This document shows, piece by piece, positions 1 through 12,539 of a stretch of 64,000 nt of DNA (positions are counted from its first letter, which is position 1; every line of letters starts with the position of its first letter). The notes below the pieces were generated by a model. That model did no database searches, was not told the DNA's origin, and worked only from the letters and a program-made list of their open reading frames with translations. Origin of the DNA: Camelus dromedarius (lineage: Eukaryota); NCBI RefSeq assembly GCF_036321535.1, contig NC_087437.1, forward strand, positions 33,916,001 through 33,980,000, read 5' to 3'. The position numbers and the translations under genes were made by a program.

Positions 1-684
1 TAGGCAAAGATCTCCTGTGCCTGATCCTCACGACTAGGTGATACAAGTGTCGCTGGGGCTGGTGTTCTCCAGGCCATCATCTCGTTTCACACGGTGAAGC
101 CCTCAGAGACAACCATGCTCACTCTTTAGAAAGGTTTCCATCATAACAAAGGGTGATTTAGAACATCTAAATCAAGTGGATTGCTTTTGTCAGAAAAATG
201 CAATTGGCTCTTGTAAAGTATTCTTGCTTTTTAAAAAATGACTCTGCATCTAGCCAAACCTCCATGTTAATTACCAGTTTATACTAAATAGAGGGGATAG
301 AGAAACAAGTTAAATGATACCACAAGGAAGTCATCAGCCAAATCCTGAATATAGAATATTTTACAAGATCCAATTTGTCTAACCACAAATGATGCATTTT
401 CTCCAACAAATTAATGGCAAGAAATAAAAGGAAATAAATTATAGAATAAGAGATATTTAATAGATGTTAATTTAAAAATAAACAATTAGTATAAGAATAC
501 AACTTCTAGTCATTTAAAATAAGTAATTAAACAGAGTACATGTGTGTATGTGGGTTTCCATTGCTCTGTTGTTTGTAACGGTGGAAATACTACACTTTCA
601 CTGAAAAAGATGCAGCATTGAAACAGAAAAGTAAATTAAGAGGGAGGAAAAAAGCAGGTTATAGGCAGTCTGGACAATATGGAT

Positions 685-875
685 GGTATGGTAATCAGAA
701 AACCTAGATTTTAATGTAAGGCTAATTCCCACTGCTGGACCTTGTGCAAATTAATCACTCCATTTCCTCATCTTAAAGTAAAGATAATTATAGTTCTTAT
801 CTCATAGAGATACTATGAGAATTAAGTGTAATAATATTGAGCACAAAGCTTGGCAGAGTAAACATTTGCTATATT
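685..875 (+). mobile_element. MIR SINE
   Basis: MIR core: GACCTTGTGCAAATTAATC...CATTTCCTCATCTTAAAG...TCTCATAGAG...TGAGAATTAAG. Confidence 0.7.
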
Positions 876-1084
876 CTTCTAGAATATACACCAAACTTTC
901 TAGAGTGGTCATGGCTCTCTAGAGAGGAAATTTTATTTTATTTTATTTATTTTTTTAGAGAGGAAATTTTAGATTTTTTTCCCTTTTCTGTATTTGATAC
1001 ACATTCATTGTCATTCAACTCTAAAATTTTTGTCAGTTTTCTTTGTGAAAATCCGTGTGTGTGTATCCTTTCTAAAAAATATTA

Positions 1085-1195
1085 ATAAACTTTATTTTTA
1101 GAGCACGTTTAGGTTCACAGCAAAACTGAGTAGAGAGTACAGAGTCCTGTGTATCCCCTGACTGCACACACATGTAACCTCCCCACTGTCAACAG
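1085..1195 (-). mobile_element. Old L1 (L1MC/L1MD-like) 3' end fragment
   Basis: TTTTAGAGCACGTTTAGGTTCACAGCAAAACTGAGTAGAGAGTACAGAG resembles the recalled L1MC/MD 3' terminus in reverse. Confidence 0.65.
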
Positions 1196-1253
1196 TGTCC
1201 TTTTTGCACCATGAGTTACTTAGATCTGGTTTTTAATTTTCATATAAATGAGA

Positions 1254-1734
1254 TTTTTTTTTAAATTTTTATTGAATGTAGTTGATTTACAATGTTAATT
1301 TCAGGTGTACACCAAAGTGATTTAGTTATACATATGCATTCATATACATATTTTTTTCAGATTCTTTTCCATTATATGTTATTATAAGAAATTGAATATA
1401 GTTCCCTGTGCTCTACAGTAGGTCCTTGTTGTGTATCTATTTTTCAAAAAGATACATGAACCCAATGGTCATAGTAGCACTGTTTACATTAGCCAAGACG
1501 TGGGAACAACCTAAATGTCCATCAACAGATGACTGGATAAAGAAGATGTAATAGATATATATGATGGAATATTACTGAGCCATAAAAAAGAATGAAAGAA
1601 ATGCCATGCAGCAACGTGAATGGACCTAGAGATTACCATATTGAATGAAGTAAATAAGACAGAGAAAGACAAATATTATATGATATTACTTATATGTGGA
1701 ATCTAAAAAAAAGATACAAATTCTATTTACAAAC
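1254..1734 (-). mobile_element. 5'-inverted, truncated cetartiodactyl-type L1 (3' part 1254-1444 on -, inverted part 1443-1734 on +)
   Basis: Poly(T) plus L1 3'UTR in reverse, joined to the ORF2 end/3'UTR in forward orientation. Degenerate TSD TAAATGAGATTTTT 1245-1258 / TAAATGGGAATTTTT 1735-1749. Confidence 0.85.
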
Positions 1735-3184
1735 TAAATGGGAATTTTTAACTGATAATTTGATATTTAATTTCACTGTCATCAGAGAAAATGGTTTGTA
1801 TAATCTTGATTCCATAAGAATTTATATTTAAACTCATTTTCCTGTATAACCTAACATATGGTAAATATTTGAAAAGATAGTAATTTTTCTATATACAGGG
1901 TTCTATTTATTTTTGATGTGATCTATCATTCTTTAACATATATTTTTAAATCCTTGATTACAATTCTGGATTTGTCCATTTGGGGGGTAATTTTTCTTGT
2001 GTTTTAAAGATTATGTAGTGGCCCTCTTAATCCTGATTGATCTTTTTTGCCTCCTATTTCCTTACACGAACTATTTACATAAGGTGGCACAGGAGAAGGA
2101 GTGATAGGGAGATGGGCAAGACTTCCAGCAGTGTGTCAGAATGGCATAGTTGTTACCAGCATGTTCTTTGGATGAACACTGATCTAGACTGAAGCCCAGG
2201 CTTATCATGTCTAAGCTTCAGTTTCCTCATCTGTGAAGTGTGGCTGAAGACAGTAACAGTTCCCACCCCTATCCAAATGCACAGCTTGACGTGCCTTGGG
2301 CACATCAAGGTCAGGGCACTGCAGAATCCTGACAAATTCCCTAAACATCCTAATTGGGAAGTAAATCAGTGTTGACTTGGAATAATGCAGGAGCTTGAGA
2401 GGGCTTACCTTACCTACTTGTAGTAATGAAAAGGGAATTATAAAAATTAATTTCCTAACTAAACTGAAACCCCCAGGTGATCATTGTAGTGCCGCTGGTC
2501 AGTGTTCTTGGATCTTTAGGTCATCATGGCAGTTTTCAGAGGCACTAGAGGAGCTGAAGAAATCCCTGAGTTCTTCATTTTATTACATGTTCCAAGGGGA
2601 AAGGAAAGCTTTCCTCAGTTCGTACTTTGTGAGTAAACTCTCACAAAACCAAAGTAATTTGTTAATTCAGTCATAATATTTCTAAAGACACTATGATAGT
2701 CTAAATAATAATGAGATCTCACTTAATGCCTGTTCCTTTTGCTTTCTTATATAAATTATTTAAGACTCTCTGTCCATCGTTTCTCCGTGAAAGTACATAA
2801 AGTGAAACCTAATCTTCTCCTGACAAACACATCCATAGAAGTGAACTTCAAAGTCTGCAGATTACTAAAAGGAATGTTCTGCCCAGAATGGACACAGTTT
2901 ATAATAGCTGTGAATGTTTAACTTTCCAAAGTGTCCACAAGATTTAATAGCTTTGTCCAGTGCTTAAAAAAACAAAACAAAACAAAACAAAAAAAAACCT
3001 TCTCAGACCCTCATTTATCTAGAGATCAGTTCAGTTTAATAGCAAATATTTGTGCTCTAAGATGTGCCAGGCACTGTTTAAGGCTTTGGAGAAACCAAAA
3101 TTGGTAAGACATGGTCCAGAGTAAAGGGAATCCTAGTCTGTTTCATAAACAAGCAAAGCAATGAATTAATACAAGTTTATACCG

Positions 3185-3500
3185 GAAGTTGACAACAGGG
3201 AGCCTGAAGACATTTGGCCCACATGGCATTTTTGTTTTTAATCCAGAGATTTCAAACAGAAATATGAGTTTGAGGGCTCTCTGGAAGAGTCAGCAAATAG
3301 GAGAGTACAGCATTTTGGACTCACTTTTCTTCATGGCTGCTGTCAACCAGAATTAAGAAGCCCTGCTCTCTTTAGAAGGGACATGTGCCCCTCGGGTGGC
3401 CATAGTCTGCACCCAGCCTACCTCGCATACATTGGGTTATCTGCCTGGCTGCTGGAGGAACGGAAGCCTATAACCCTCATCCTTACCAGATAATCCCAAA
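3185..3500. mobile_element. MER102-like hAT-Charlie element
   Basis: CTCTCTTTAGAAGGGACATGTGCCCCTCGGGTGGCCATAGTCTGCACC resembles the recalled MER102 internal motif. Confidence 0.55.
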
Positions 3501-4571
3501 CGAGGTGGTTTGCTGAATACCAATGATCACTTTCACTGCACTTACAAGCTGTGCCTTGATACTTCTTTGTATCTGAAGACAAGATTCTAAATAATATTAT
3601 TTTAATAAATACAAAACCCAGCATCGTTAATAAGGCTGCAGGAGACCCTTAGCAGTCAGGAACAATCTTGAGGTTTCTTTGGTTAAAATGAAAAGGTCCC
3701 AGATATATAAAACTATGTGCAGTGAATTGAACCAGATTACTCTATAATATAAAGAGTAGTTCCTGAATTGATTTTGTTCACAATGGCAACCTACATGTTT
3801 ATAATGTTTTTGAGATCTTTTCAGCATATAACATGTAAGAGTTGCACATGGGTAAGGAAAAAAATATTTGCTGTTAAGCAGAGAACATCTTTAAAGGGAC
3901 TGCCCGTGTGGTCATGGCCTGACTTCAGGCACTTACTGGGGAGCTCTTAATGCCTGAAAAAGCCAGTCACTAAGAGCAAGAAGCTAAGCTGAATTCTGGG
4001 AGGGGAAAAAAATGCACTGAAAATAAATTGCCCGGATTTCTCCTAGCAGGTGAATTTAGAACCCAGTGTTAGTTTCGGATTGAAATTTTCAGAAAACAAG
4101 TACAGCATGTGAAACTGAAAGTGCGACTGCCTTCCTGCACTTAATTTTCCGAGGTTCAACTACATAAACTTTATTACGCATGGCTTATACATTTTAAAAC
4201 TTTTAAAATATTTTTTCCAGTTCAACAAAGGGATTATTTTCTGAACCAAAGTATAGTGAGACTCTGTGATGACCTTTTGAAACAAGTAGACTTATCAAGT
4301 AGACTTGTTAAAGCCAGTCAATGATAAAATTGTTCTCGCATTTCTGTTTACAAAAATGGCAATTCTTTCTTAAACAATCGTCAAGATAATTGACAAAGTA
4401 CATGCATTTATTCTTAATCTGTTTGCCATTCTCTGAGTGGTGAGGTGTAAAGGAGGAGACTCTTGTTTGGGAACTTGAGCCAAATTCATGACTCTGATCT
4501 TAATTCAGCCAATGATTAGAAACCAGTGTAGTGCCTTTCTGCCTGGACTGGAGCGAGGACGGAGGATCACC

Positions 4572-4750
4572 CATAAACAACAAGGGTCTACTGTATAGCA
4601 CAGGAAACTATATTCAATATCATGTAATCACCTATAATGAAAAAGAATATGAAAAGGAATATATATGTATAACTGAAACACTATGCTGTACACCAGAAAT
4701 TAACACAAAGTTGTAAGCCAATTATACTTCAGTTAAAAAGAACAAAAAAG
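4572..4750 (+). mobile_element. Cetartiodactyl-type L1 3' terminal fragment
   Basis: AAACAACAAGGGTCTACTGTATAGCACAGGAAACTATATTCAATATC...ATACTTCAGTT(A-rich). Same family as 8673-9120. Confidence 0.85.
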
Positions 4751-7313
4751 AATCAAATGATTCGAGAACTTAAGCTGCAGGATCAAGTAGAGTTCCAGGG
4801 TGTTTATAGATTGAATGACTAAAAACCTTACTCCATTAATGATTTGCATTGAAGGAAATTATTTTTCAAAATTTTCTTCCATAAATGTTCTCTTTACATA
4901 ATCATTTCCCCCTTATTAATCTAAGAACATACAACAGAGGAAAAGTTGAGTTAAAGCTTGACAGTAAGTGACATTGGCCAATAGCCTGGAGTGGCTTTCG
5001 CCCAAGATTTGTAGCTGACCTACCACAGAGATATGGGTAAATTATGTCACAAAAGAACTCCAGGATTGAATTAGAAGTCCCACAGCAGGACCTACCACAA
5101 TATTTTACAAAAATTGGATCCTCGAGCAATCTCACTACTGGAGCCAACCCCAGCCCATCTCTGCTGTCGGGTGCCCTGAAAGAGTTCTGAGGGTCAGTGT
5201 CTCCCAGCATAATGCACTTCATCCAGAACAGCAAGCGTTTGAATGGCATCCACTTACACAGTCAAGTTTTGACTCTTAAGAAAAAGCAACACAGGAATTC
5301 AGAGAACTTGAGTTCTTTCTTGTGTGTTGAACTGTGTTTGGACAAAAGCCATTCTACTTGCCCTAAATCCATGCAGACTGTCATTCTGCAAACAGCTCTT
5401 GCCTCTGTGTTTTGCATGTTCTGAAGTGTCCATCCCATGTTTCCTCACTTTTTAAGCTCCCACCCATCCCTACAAGTGAAGCCCAACCCTTACCTCCTCT
5501 AGGAAGTCCTCCATGACTCCCTCTCCCAAGGCCTTCTTTGTCTGCATCAAATAACATTAAATACAATGTAAAGTAATTATTGTTTTATGTGCCTATCTGT
5601 CCACTGTACAATGAGTGCAGGTGCCATGTCTTTCCTATATATTTAGTGTCAAAGGTTGACCTTGGGCTCAGAAAACATGTTGCGTGGATAACTGAATGAT
5701 GACTATCTCCATACTAAAGTCTCACTGGAATGTCATTTCATTAGAACAGAGACTGTCTTGTTTGTTTCCAGTCAGAAGATTGATTCCTGTGGTTCCCAGA
5801 CACCTTCTCTTTAAATCAGAAAAGTGGAAAATCAAACTTCCTGCCACCTAGCAGTAACTTAATAAATGTTTCTTGAATGAATGAACATGTTTTAATGAGA
5901 AGCTATTTTTATTAAGCAATTCTGCTGGAAATTAAAATGCAAATTTCCTTTCCAGAAAATAATCTCTTTCTTCAACACCAAAAAGACCTCCACTCAAAAA
6001 TATTTGAATCCTGCTCTTGAGGCCAGAAGTCAATGGCACACGTAGAGACAGGGCTTAGCAGCATTGCAATGTCTTCTACTGTAATGAGATAATATCTTTA
6101 AAAATTAATTTTGTGCTTTTCTTTTCCCAACTTTATTTGATTTGATCACATTGTCTCAAAGAGAGTGGAATAACTAGATTGAGAATAAAATAGAAGAATG
6201 GTACATGTTCAGCTGTGAAACTTCAAAAGAGGCTTTTGAGAATCAGAGGGACAGCTTGAGAGCCCAGAGATCATGACATAGAAATAGAAAGAGATTGGAT
6301 GAAAGATCAAGCCACCAGCCCCTACCACTCCCAAGGAGGACCAGCAGGTGTAGAGATGGAACAGGACTAGGGGTCAGGGAATGGAAGAGAAGAGGCCCTG
6401 ACCTGGGGTACCTGTGAAGTACCATGAGGAAGAGGTTTGGTGGAGGCAAGGACAGTCAACATCAGAAGACTGCCCAGCACTGCCGGAGTTTGGTGCGACG
6501 AGGAAGCTGAGATCAATCATCGCCACTCGAAAGAACACTGCATGAGGCAGAGATGGAAGAGCTGTTTTGCTGTTTCTTCTATCAACCGATGTCCTTGTTG
6601 CCACCTGTGGTTCCTCCAGCCTATGAACATTCAAGACTAAGGCTTCTGAATTCCATCCATACTGTCCCATATAAATAACCCCCACTTTCCAATCGTTGAG
6701 TATACCTGTAAGCCGCCTGCCAGTCCCTTAATAGGGTAGGTGAGAATCCTTGGCTTCCAGTGAAACAGGGGGAACAGAGTGACATGGAAGAGAGGGGCCC
6801 AGTGCAGACACTTGTGAAACATTGGACACTGATTAAATAATTACCTTCATCACCGTTTTTTAAATGGATGTTGAAGATTTCTTCAAATTCTGTATTGATC
6901 ATAATGAGATTAAGTTAGCATAATCTTTGTTTAAGATCTAATAAATCTGTTCTGAACATATCTAAAGTTCAGATTTCTATCCTGAGTTCTGAACATGAGC
7001 ACACATTCAGAAGAATGTGGACAGAATGATTATATGAGGATAATGTAAGGCACTGGACCCACGCTGCCTGAAGAAGAGAAGACTTGACTGAAGTCTTCCT
7101 GGGGGGAGAGGTGCACTGGAGCTCATTAGTATGCTCCCCTGAACAATGGCACTAGCAGTCAGAGTGATGCAAAGATGCTTTAAGAACAGTTGGTTAATCG
7201 GTTGGTTAGAATGATTCCACCAGGCTTCCGGTGACTGAATGGAATACTTAGCAGCTGGGGTGACTGCTGACTCTGAGAATCTATAATTGTATAAAGCAAA
7301 GATAAAAGGACTT

Positions 7314-7680
7314 ATTCAATCAACCAATAAACATCTATTGATCACTCACTATATGTCAGGCATTGTGTTCTAAATGCTGGAGATATAACGGAGCAGAATG
7401 GCCTCTCTCATGCAGCTCCCAGGCTAGGGGAGAGAAGACAGACATTGATCCAATAATCACACAGACAAATATAAATTTCAGCGGTGACAAGTGTTACAAA
7501 CAAGAAATCCACAGTGCTATGAGGACAAAAGGGTGAGAATGGCTCCCTGAGCTGTGACTGACTAGACACCAAGGATGTGTAGGAGCTGTCCAGGAGGAGG
7601 GGAAGGGAAGAGCACTCAGCGCCATTGGAAGGAGCAGCCCCGTCTCTCCATTTCCAGGTGAGGGGCAATATGCCTCCTTG
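7314..7680 (-). mobile_element. L2 3' fragment
   Basis: ATTCAATCAACCAATAAACATCTATTGATCACTCACTATATGTCAGGCATTGTG... Confidence 0.7.
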
Positions 7681-7699
7681 AAAGGCGATGTGGCCAGTT

Positions 7700-7890
7700 A
7701 TTAAAAGATAGACTTGAATTCCATATCTTTCACTTGTGAGCTGTGTGTCCTTGGGCAGGTTATTTAGGCTTTCTGCACCTAAAGGTTCATATCTGTAAAA
7801 TTATCTATCTCAGAGGATTGCTGGCTAAGATAAAAGAAATAATGGATGTAAAATGCTTACCCAAAGCCCAATACATAATGTTCATTAACC
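7700..7890 (+). mobile_element. MIR SINE
   Basis: GAGCTGTGTGTCCTTGGGCAGGTTATTT...CATATCTGTAAAAT...CTCAGAGGATTGCTG. Confidence 0.75.
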
Positions 7891-8672
7891 TTTGTCTATA
7901 ATCCATAAATAGACATGATGTGACGCTAACAATTTATTCACTGAAGACAAAACATAAGCCTTTTAAATTGCAAACTAGTAGATTGGGGACACTAAGTACC
8001 CCAGCATTAAGGCGGGAGCACCAAACTGTTAATGGTAGGAAGTGTGAAGTGTGGTCCACAAACTTGTTATGAAAGGAGCCCCACAATTTTCTTTGAATCT
8101 AAATAAATCTTACTCTTACACAGATCAAGGAATATTTTTTATAGATTAAGGAATTCAGTCTCAGTTATTACTGGATTCCTTCCCCCTCCCTAATCTTCAG
8201 TTCATCAAGGTCATTTGTGATTAATTTGTTGTCTGAGATGGTGTCAGCCCTTGAAGGCAGGCACCTCAACTGGCCAAGGTCTCTGTCCATTTCCTCATCT
8301 GAGCACTGTCTCCTCTCTGGTGGTGGTGGTAGTGGTGGGTTTTCTTCTTCTCTGTCTCCTCCTCTTCTCCCCAGGCCTCACAGGGGTGAGAGGTGGGCAC
8401 AAAGGGAGAAATACTCTTACATTTCCCTTCCCCCTTGCCCTCCATCTTCTGCCAGCACCACCAATGACCCCAATTGGAAGCCAGAGGACAAGCGAGCCTG
8501 AGGAATGGAATCCTCATGGGCCAGCCTTCTCAGGCACAGAATAGGTTAGAAGAGGGCAGATAGTGGGGGGGAGGCGGGGAAGGATGATCCGTTTACCAGT
8601 GTAGTGCAGTCACCTGTGATGAACCTTTATGCCATCAAGAAAGTAGCTATTCTTGAAATGAAAAAAATGTAG

Positions 8673-9120
8673 GTACTACTCAGCCATAAAAAAGAATAAA
8701 ACAGTGCCATCTGCAGCAACATGGATGGACTGAGAGATCATCATACTAAGTGAAGTAAGCCAGAAGGAGAAAGAAAAGTACTGTATGATATCATTTATGT
8801 GTGGAATCTAAAAAAAGAAACAAATGAACTTATTTACAAGACAGAAGCAGACTCACAGATATAGTAAACAAACTTATGGTTACTAGAGGGGAAAGGTGGT
8901 GGGAAGGGATAAATTGGGAGTTCAAGATTTGCAGATACTAACTACTGTATGTAAAACAGATAAACAACAAGTTTCTTCTGTATAGCACAGGGAACTATAT
9001 TCAATATCTTGTAGTAACCTATAATGAAAATGAAAATATATATATGTACATTATGCTGTACACCACAAATTGTCACAACATTGTAAACTGACTATACTTC
9101 AATTTAAAAGAAAAGATAAA
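8673..9120 (+). mobile_element. Cetartiodactyl-type L1 3' end (~450 bp) nested in an older L1
   Basis: TACTACTCAGCCATAAAAAAGAAT...TATAGCACAGGGAACTATATTCAATATC...CTATACTTCAATTT(A-rich). Flanked by AAAAATGTAG / GAAAGTGTAG. Confidence 0.88.
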
Positions 9121-9413
9121 GAAAGTGTAGAAATGAAGAAAAGATTAGTGGTTTGTCATGGGAGGGAGGGGCTGGGAGGGAAGGAAGCATCTGTAAAAGG
9201 ACAACAGGAGGAATTCTTGTGGTGATGGAAACGTTCTGTGTCTCGACTGTACTGACACCAGTGTCCTAGATGTGGTATTGTACTGCAGTTTTATAAAATA
9301 ATAAATACCATTGGGACAAACCAGGTAAAAGGTACAGAAGGTCGCTCATATTATTCTTACAACAGCACATGAATTATAATCAAAACAAAATGTTTAATTA
9401 AAAAGGAAAAAAA
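9121..9413 (+). mobile_element. L1MD-like 3'UTR (host of the 8673-9120 insertion; 5' stub at ~8648-8672)
   Basis: AGATTAGTGGTTTGTCATGGG...GGTGATGGAAACGTTCTGTGTCTCGACTG...ACCATTGGGACAAACCAGGTAAAAGGTACA, ending in an A-rich tail. Confidence 0.7.
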
Positions 9414-9835
9414 TAGGTTAGCTTAAGAGCAGATGCTAGATATTTCTGGCCTTATATCATCAAAAGAAGTGTAATTATTTGCTTTTCCAAAAGACTGAGT
9501 CTTCCCTTTGGTTTACACAGAAATGTGTAGCTCCTGGGATTTGTACTCAGTAATAATCACTGAACAAATTGGTCTTTGCTAAAAAGTGCCTCATTCTTCA
9601 ACTTGACCGCATCTTTAGAATGTTTGTTAGATTGCAGAATCCTGAGCACACCATGAATAGCCTTGGTCTGTTAAGACATTGGCACAGATACATGCCTTAG
9701 CATGTGGAGGCAGAGAGATCTGAGGAACAGGTGTCTAGCAGACATAACAAAAGGAATAGAGCAGGGGAAGTGAAGCAGTTTATTTAAATATTTATTCTCC
9801 ATCATAATATAAGAAGGATTTAAAATGGGTTTCAA

Positions 9836-10016
9836 GGGTGGGGAGAGCATAGCTCAGTGATAGAGCACGTGCTTAGCGTGCATGAGGTCCTGAGTTCAAT
9901 CCCCAGTACCTCCACTGGAAATTAAATAAATAATTAATTAAACCTCATTACCCCCCCCAAAAAAAGTAAAAATACTTGCTTAGTAAACATTTAAAAAAGA
10001 CAAAAAATTTAAAAAT
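9836..10016 (+). mobile_element. tRNA-Ala-derived SINE (camelid Vic-1-like)
   Basis: GGGGAGAGCATAGCTCAGTGATAGAGCAC...GAGTTCAATCCCCAGTACCTCCA with Pol III A and B boxes and an A-rich tail. TSD AAAATGGGTTTCAA 9822-9835 / AAAATGGATTTCAA 10017-10030, at a TT|AAAA site. Confidence 0.9.
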
Positions 10017-10762
10017 AAAATGGATTTCAAACATTACACAATAGGATTTTTCTTAACATGTGACAAAATCTGGGTGAAGAGAAAACCAGGGTAGTAACAG
10101 TTAGACACAGTCAGGGGTAGAGTTAATGCACAGTGTGCCAGCACGACATCACGTGCACTACGAGAAGTCAACCACGCAGGTGGCCGCGGGCCCTGCCTTT
10201 CTAACAGCCAGTGCAGAAAGCAAAACCTGATCTATTACATGCTTATAAGATAAAATTTGACTTGAAGGAAACCTCTTTGATGTGTTGTCATAGAGGTGAC
10301 ATTACAATTTATTCAACATCCTTAGGGTTAATAAAACAAGTAGTTTCATAGTTGGGTAAAAACAGTTCTCTTGGGGACCTAAATAATGCAGTTTAAGTGT
10401 ACAGCATTCTGGTTTTGATTTGGGGGCAATCTGGAGTATAGTCAAAATGGAAGAATTACATCCTTTAAGAAATCAAAAAATGTTTTTTTCAATCAAGCCT
10501 TACGTAAATATTAGTGAGATGGCAAACTAAAATTCCCGCAGGGTCCAGGAGGGTAAAATAACTAAGAAAAGTGCGACATCTGTTAAACACATGCGCACAC
10601 ACTACAGATTCAGTTAAATGGCATTTTCTAAATGGCCTCCAGTTGGGGGGTCCCCTAAGTTGTGGTGGGATCTGTGCAACTAGAGCCCACTGAGGACTTC
10701 CAGTCCATTGTTCCCATAACCAGCGTCAGGGCTGGCTGTTACCAGCGCTCTTATGTTTCCTG

Positions 10763-11361
10763 TGTACTCGTCAGAGTTCTGTTATGGAAAACAGAAACCA
10801 CTCTGGCTATTTTAAGGACGAGGGACAAAAGGCTTCAAACAGGGAATTAGGCGCTTACAGGGTGTTAAGGCTGGGTCTCCAGGACCAACCCGCGAAAGAG
10901 CAAAGAATAACTCGCGCCCAACGAGGCTGCCCCCGCTGCGTCAGTCCGGAAGATGGGAAATCGGAACGTTTCCTCTGAACCATTAGCTCTGGAACAGTCT
11001 GGAGACTGGGTAGCTCGTAATGCTGTCACTGCTGGCTCCAGCCATACCTCACCTGTTAGGTCCACACTGGCAACAAAAATAATGACAGCAGCTAAAAGAT
11101 GCTGCCGATCTCACCTGTTGGTCCCCACAAAGCTGGTGACAGGAATGTCACTGCAGAAAAGCCCAAAGCATCTTTGATTGAGCCTGCCACCAGGGGCAGT
11201 GGGGACCTCTGCCTTTGGCATCTCACAGGAGTGCATCTGGTTGGTCTAAGCTAAAGCTAAGTCACTTCCAGATGCCCAGCTTAGAAATGTCATTGTGAGC
11301 TGCCCAGCCTCTGGGGGCGTGTGGAATACAGGCAGAGCAACAATCTATCTTATCCGCCACA
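10763..11361 (-). mobile_element. ERVL-MaLR solo LTR (old MLT1, K/L-like)
   Basis: TGTACTCGTCAGAGTTCTG...AACAGAAACCACTCTGGCTA ... CAATCTATCTTATCCGCCACA, with TG...CA termini. Confidence 0.65.
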
Positions 11362-12539
11362 TTCCATTTTTATGCAAAAATCACCTGAACTTTTAAATGC
11401 TGGTCATTGAATCAATATTTTAATAAAAATTAAAGGATAGGCCAATAATGTGGGAGGTGATCAGACACATCCCAACAGATTCAACTTCAAGGCAAGTAAC
11501 TGGAGAGTGGTTTTTGGTCCACTTCAGCACATGGAAATGATCAAGTCCCTCTCCCTCCCCATCAGCTGGTATATGGATAACAGTGTGTATAGTGCTGTGC
11601 TGTATTCAAAGCACTTAAAATGTTTATTATTATAAGTGTAGTAAATGCTTGAAGAAACAATATTCCAACAACACAAAAGTTCACACAGTACAAGTTCATC
11701 TTTCTCTTCTCACTTCCCACTGCCACTGCCCAGCTGTAGCTTCAGATAACATTGTGAAATAAATCAGACTTCACTGTGTTTGAAGTTGAATCTTCTAGAA
11801 GCACCCTTTCTTTCAGGTGGTCTACCAAGGGAAAGCTAGAACCAAATGTTTGAAGCATTTGGACTCATGTGAGAACCTATCCAATATATGTCTGGGGGTT
11901 TAACTGGACTAGTGAGCCCATTGACTGAGCAATGGGCCTACTATCCAAAGCAGAGTTCATATTCAGCCTGGCAACAAAGATAGTTTCCCATAACATATTT
12001 ATAGCCAAGTAAACAAATACAGTTTCTATTTCAGACATGTTTTACTAGCTTTGTGGTAATTCTCAGACTTTGTGGTTAATGGTCATATTTATTGCTAATA
12101 TTTGAAAATTTTAGAGTGTCTTCCTCTTCTCAGTAGACATAAAAGGAGAGGAGCTATAATTTATTACATTCTAAAACACTGTAGGCAAATATTTAAATTT
12201 AAATAAGACCTTTGTTCCCCTAGCTTGTCTTTCACAGTGTTCCTTGTTTGTCGTGCTCCTGTTTTCACTGGAAAGTAAATATTCTCTAACCTTCTTATGA
12301 AAAAGAGTAATAATCAACATGTCTTAAAGTACTCAGGTCAACGAGAGATTTCCTTCTGAAGGCATCTCATCAAATCCACAGTGATCTATAATTTTATTTA
12401 CATTCTTTGCCAAGGTCAAATCAGGGGTTTAGGCTTCTGATGATTATTTCCACAACTGTGTGATGTATACACTTGGACAGTGTGTGTGTGTATATATGTA
12501 TAGAGAACCGTGCGCACATGCATGTTTGTATGCATATCA

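Noticed and set aside
4511..4571. Possible chimeric (template-switched RNA) 5' end on the L1 fragment at 4572-4750
   Set aside because: The candidate TSD (AATGATTAGAAAC vs AATGATTCGAGAAC) is weak, and I could not match the intervening sequence to any known small RNA.
6950..7260. Possible CR1/L3 remnants (also ~27130-27330, ~34130-34280, ~47200-47400)
   Set aside because: Only short motif-level resemblance (e.g. GCCTGAAGAAGAGAAGACT); too decayed to call without a profile search.
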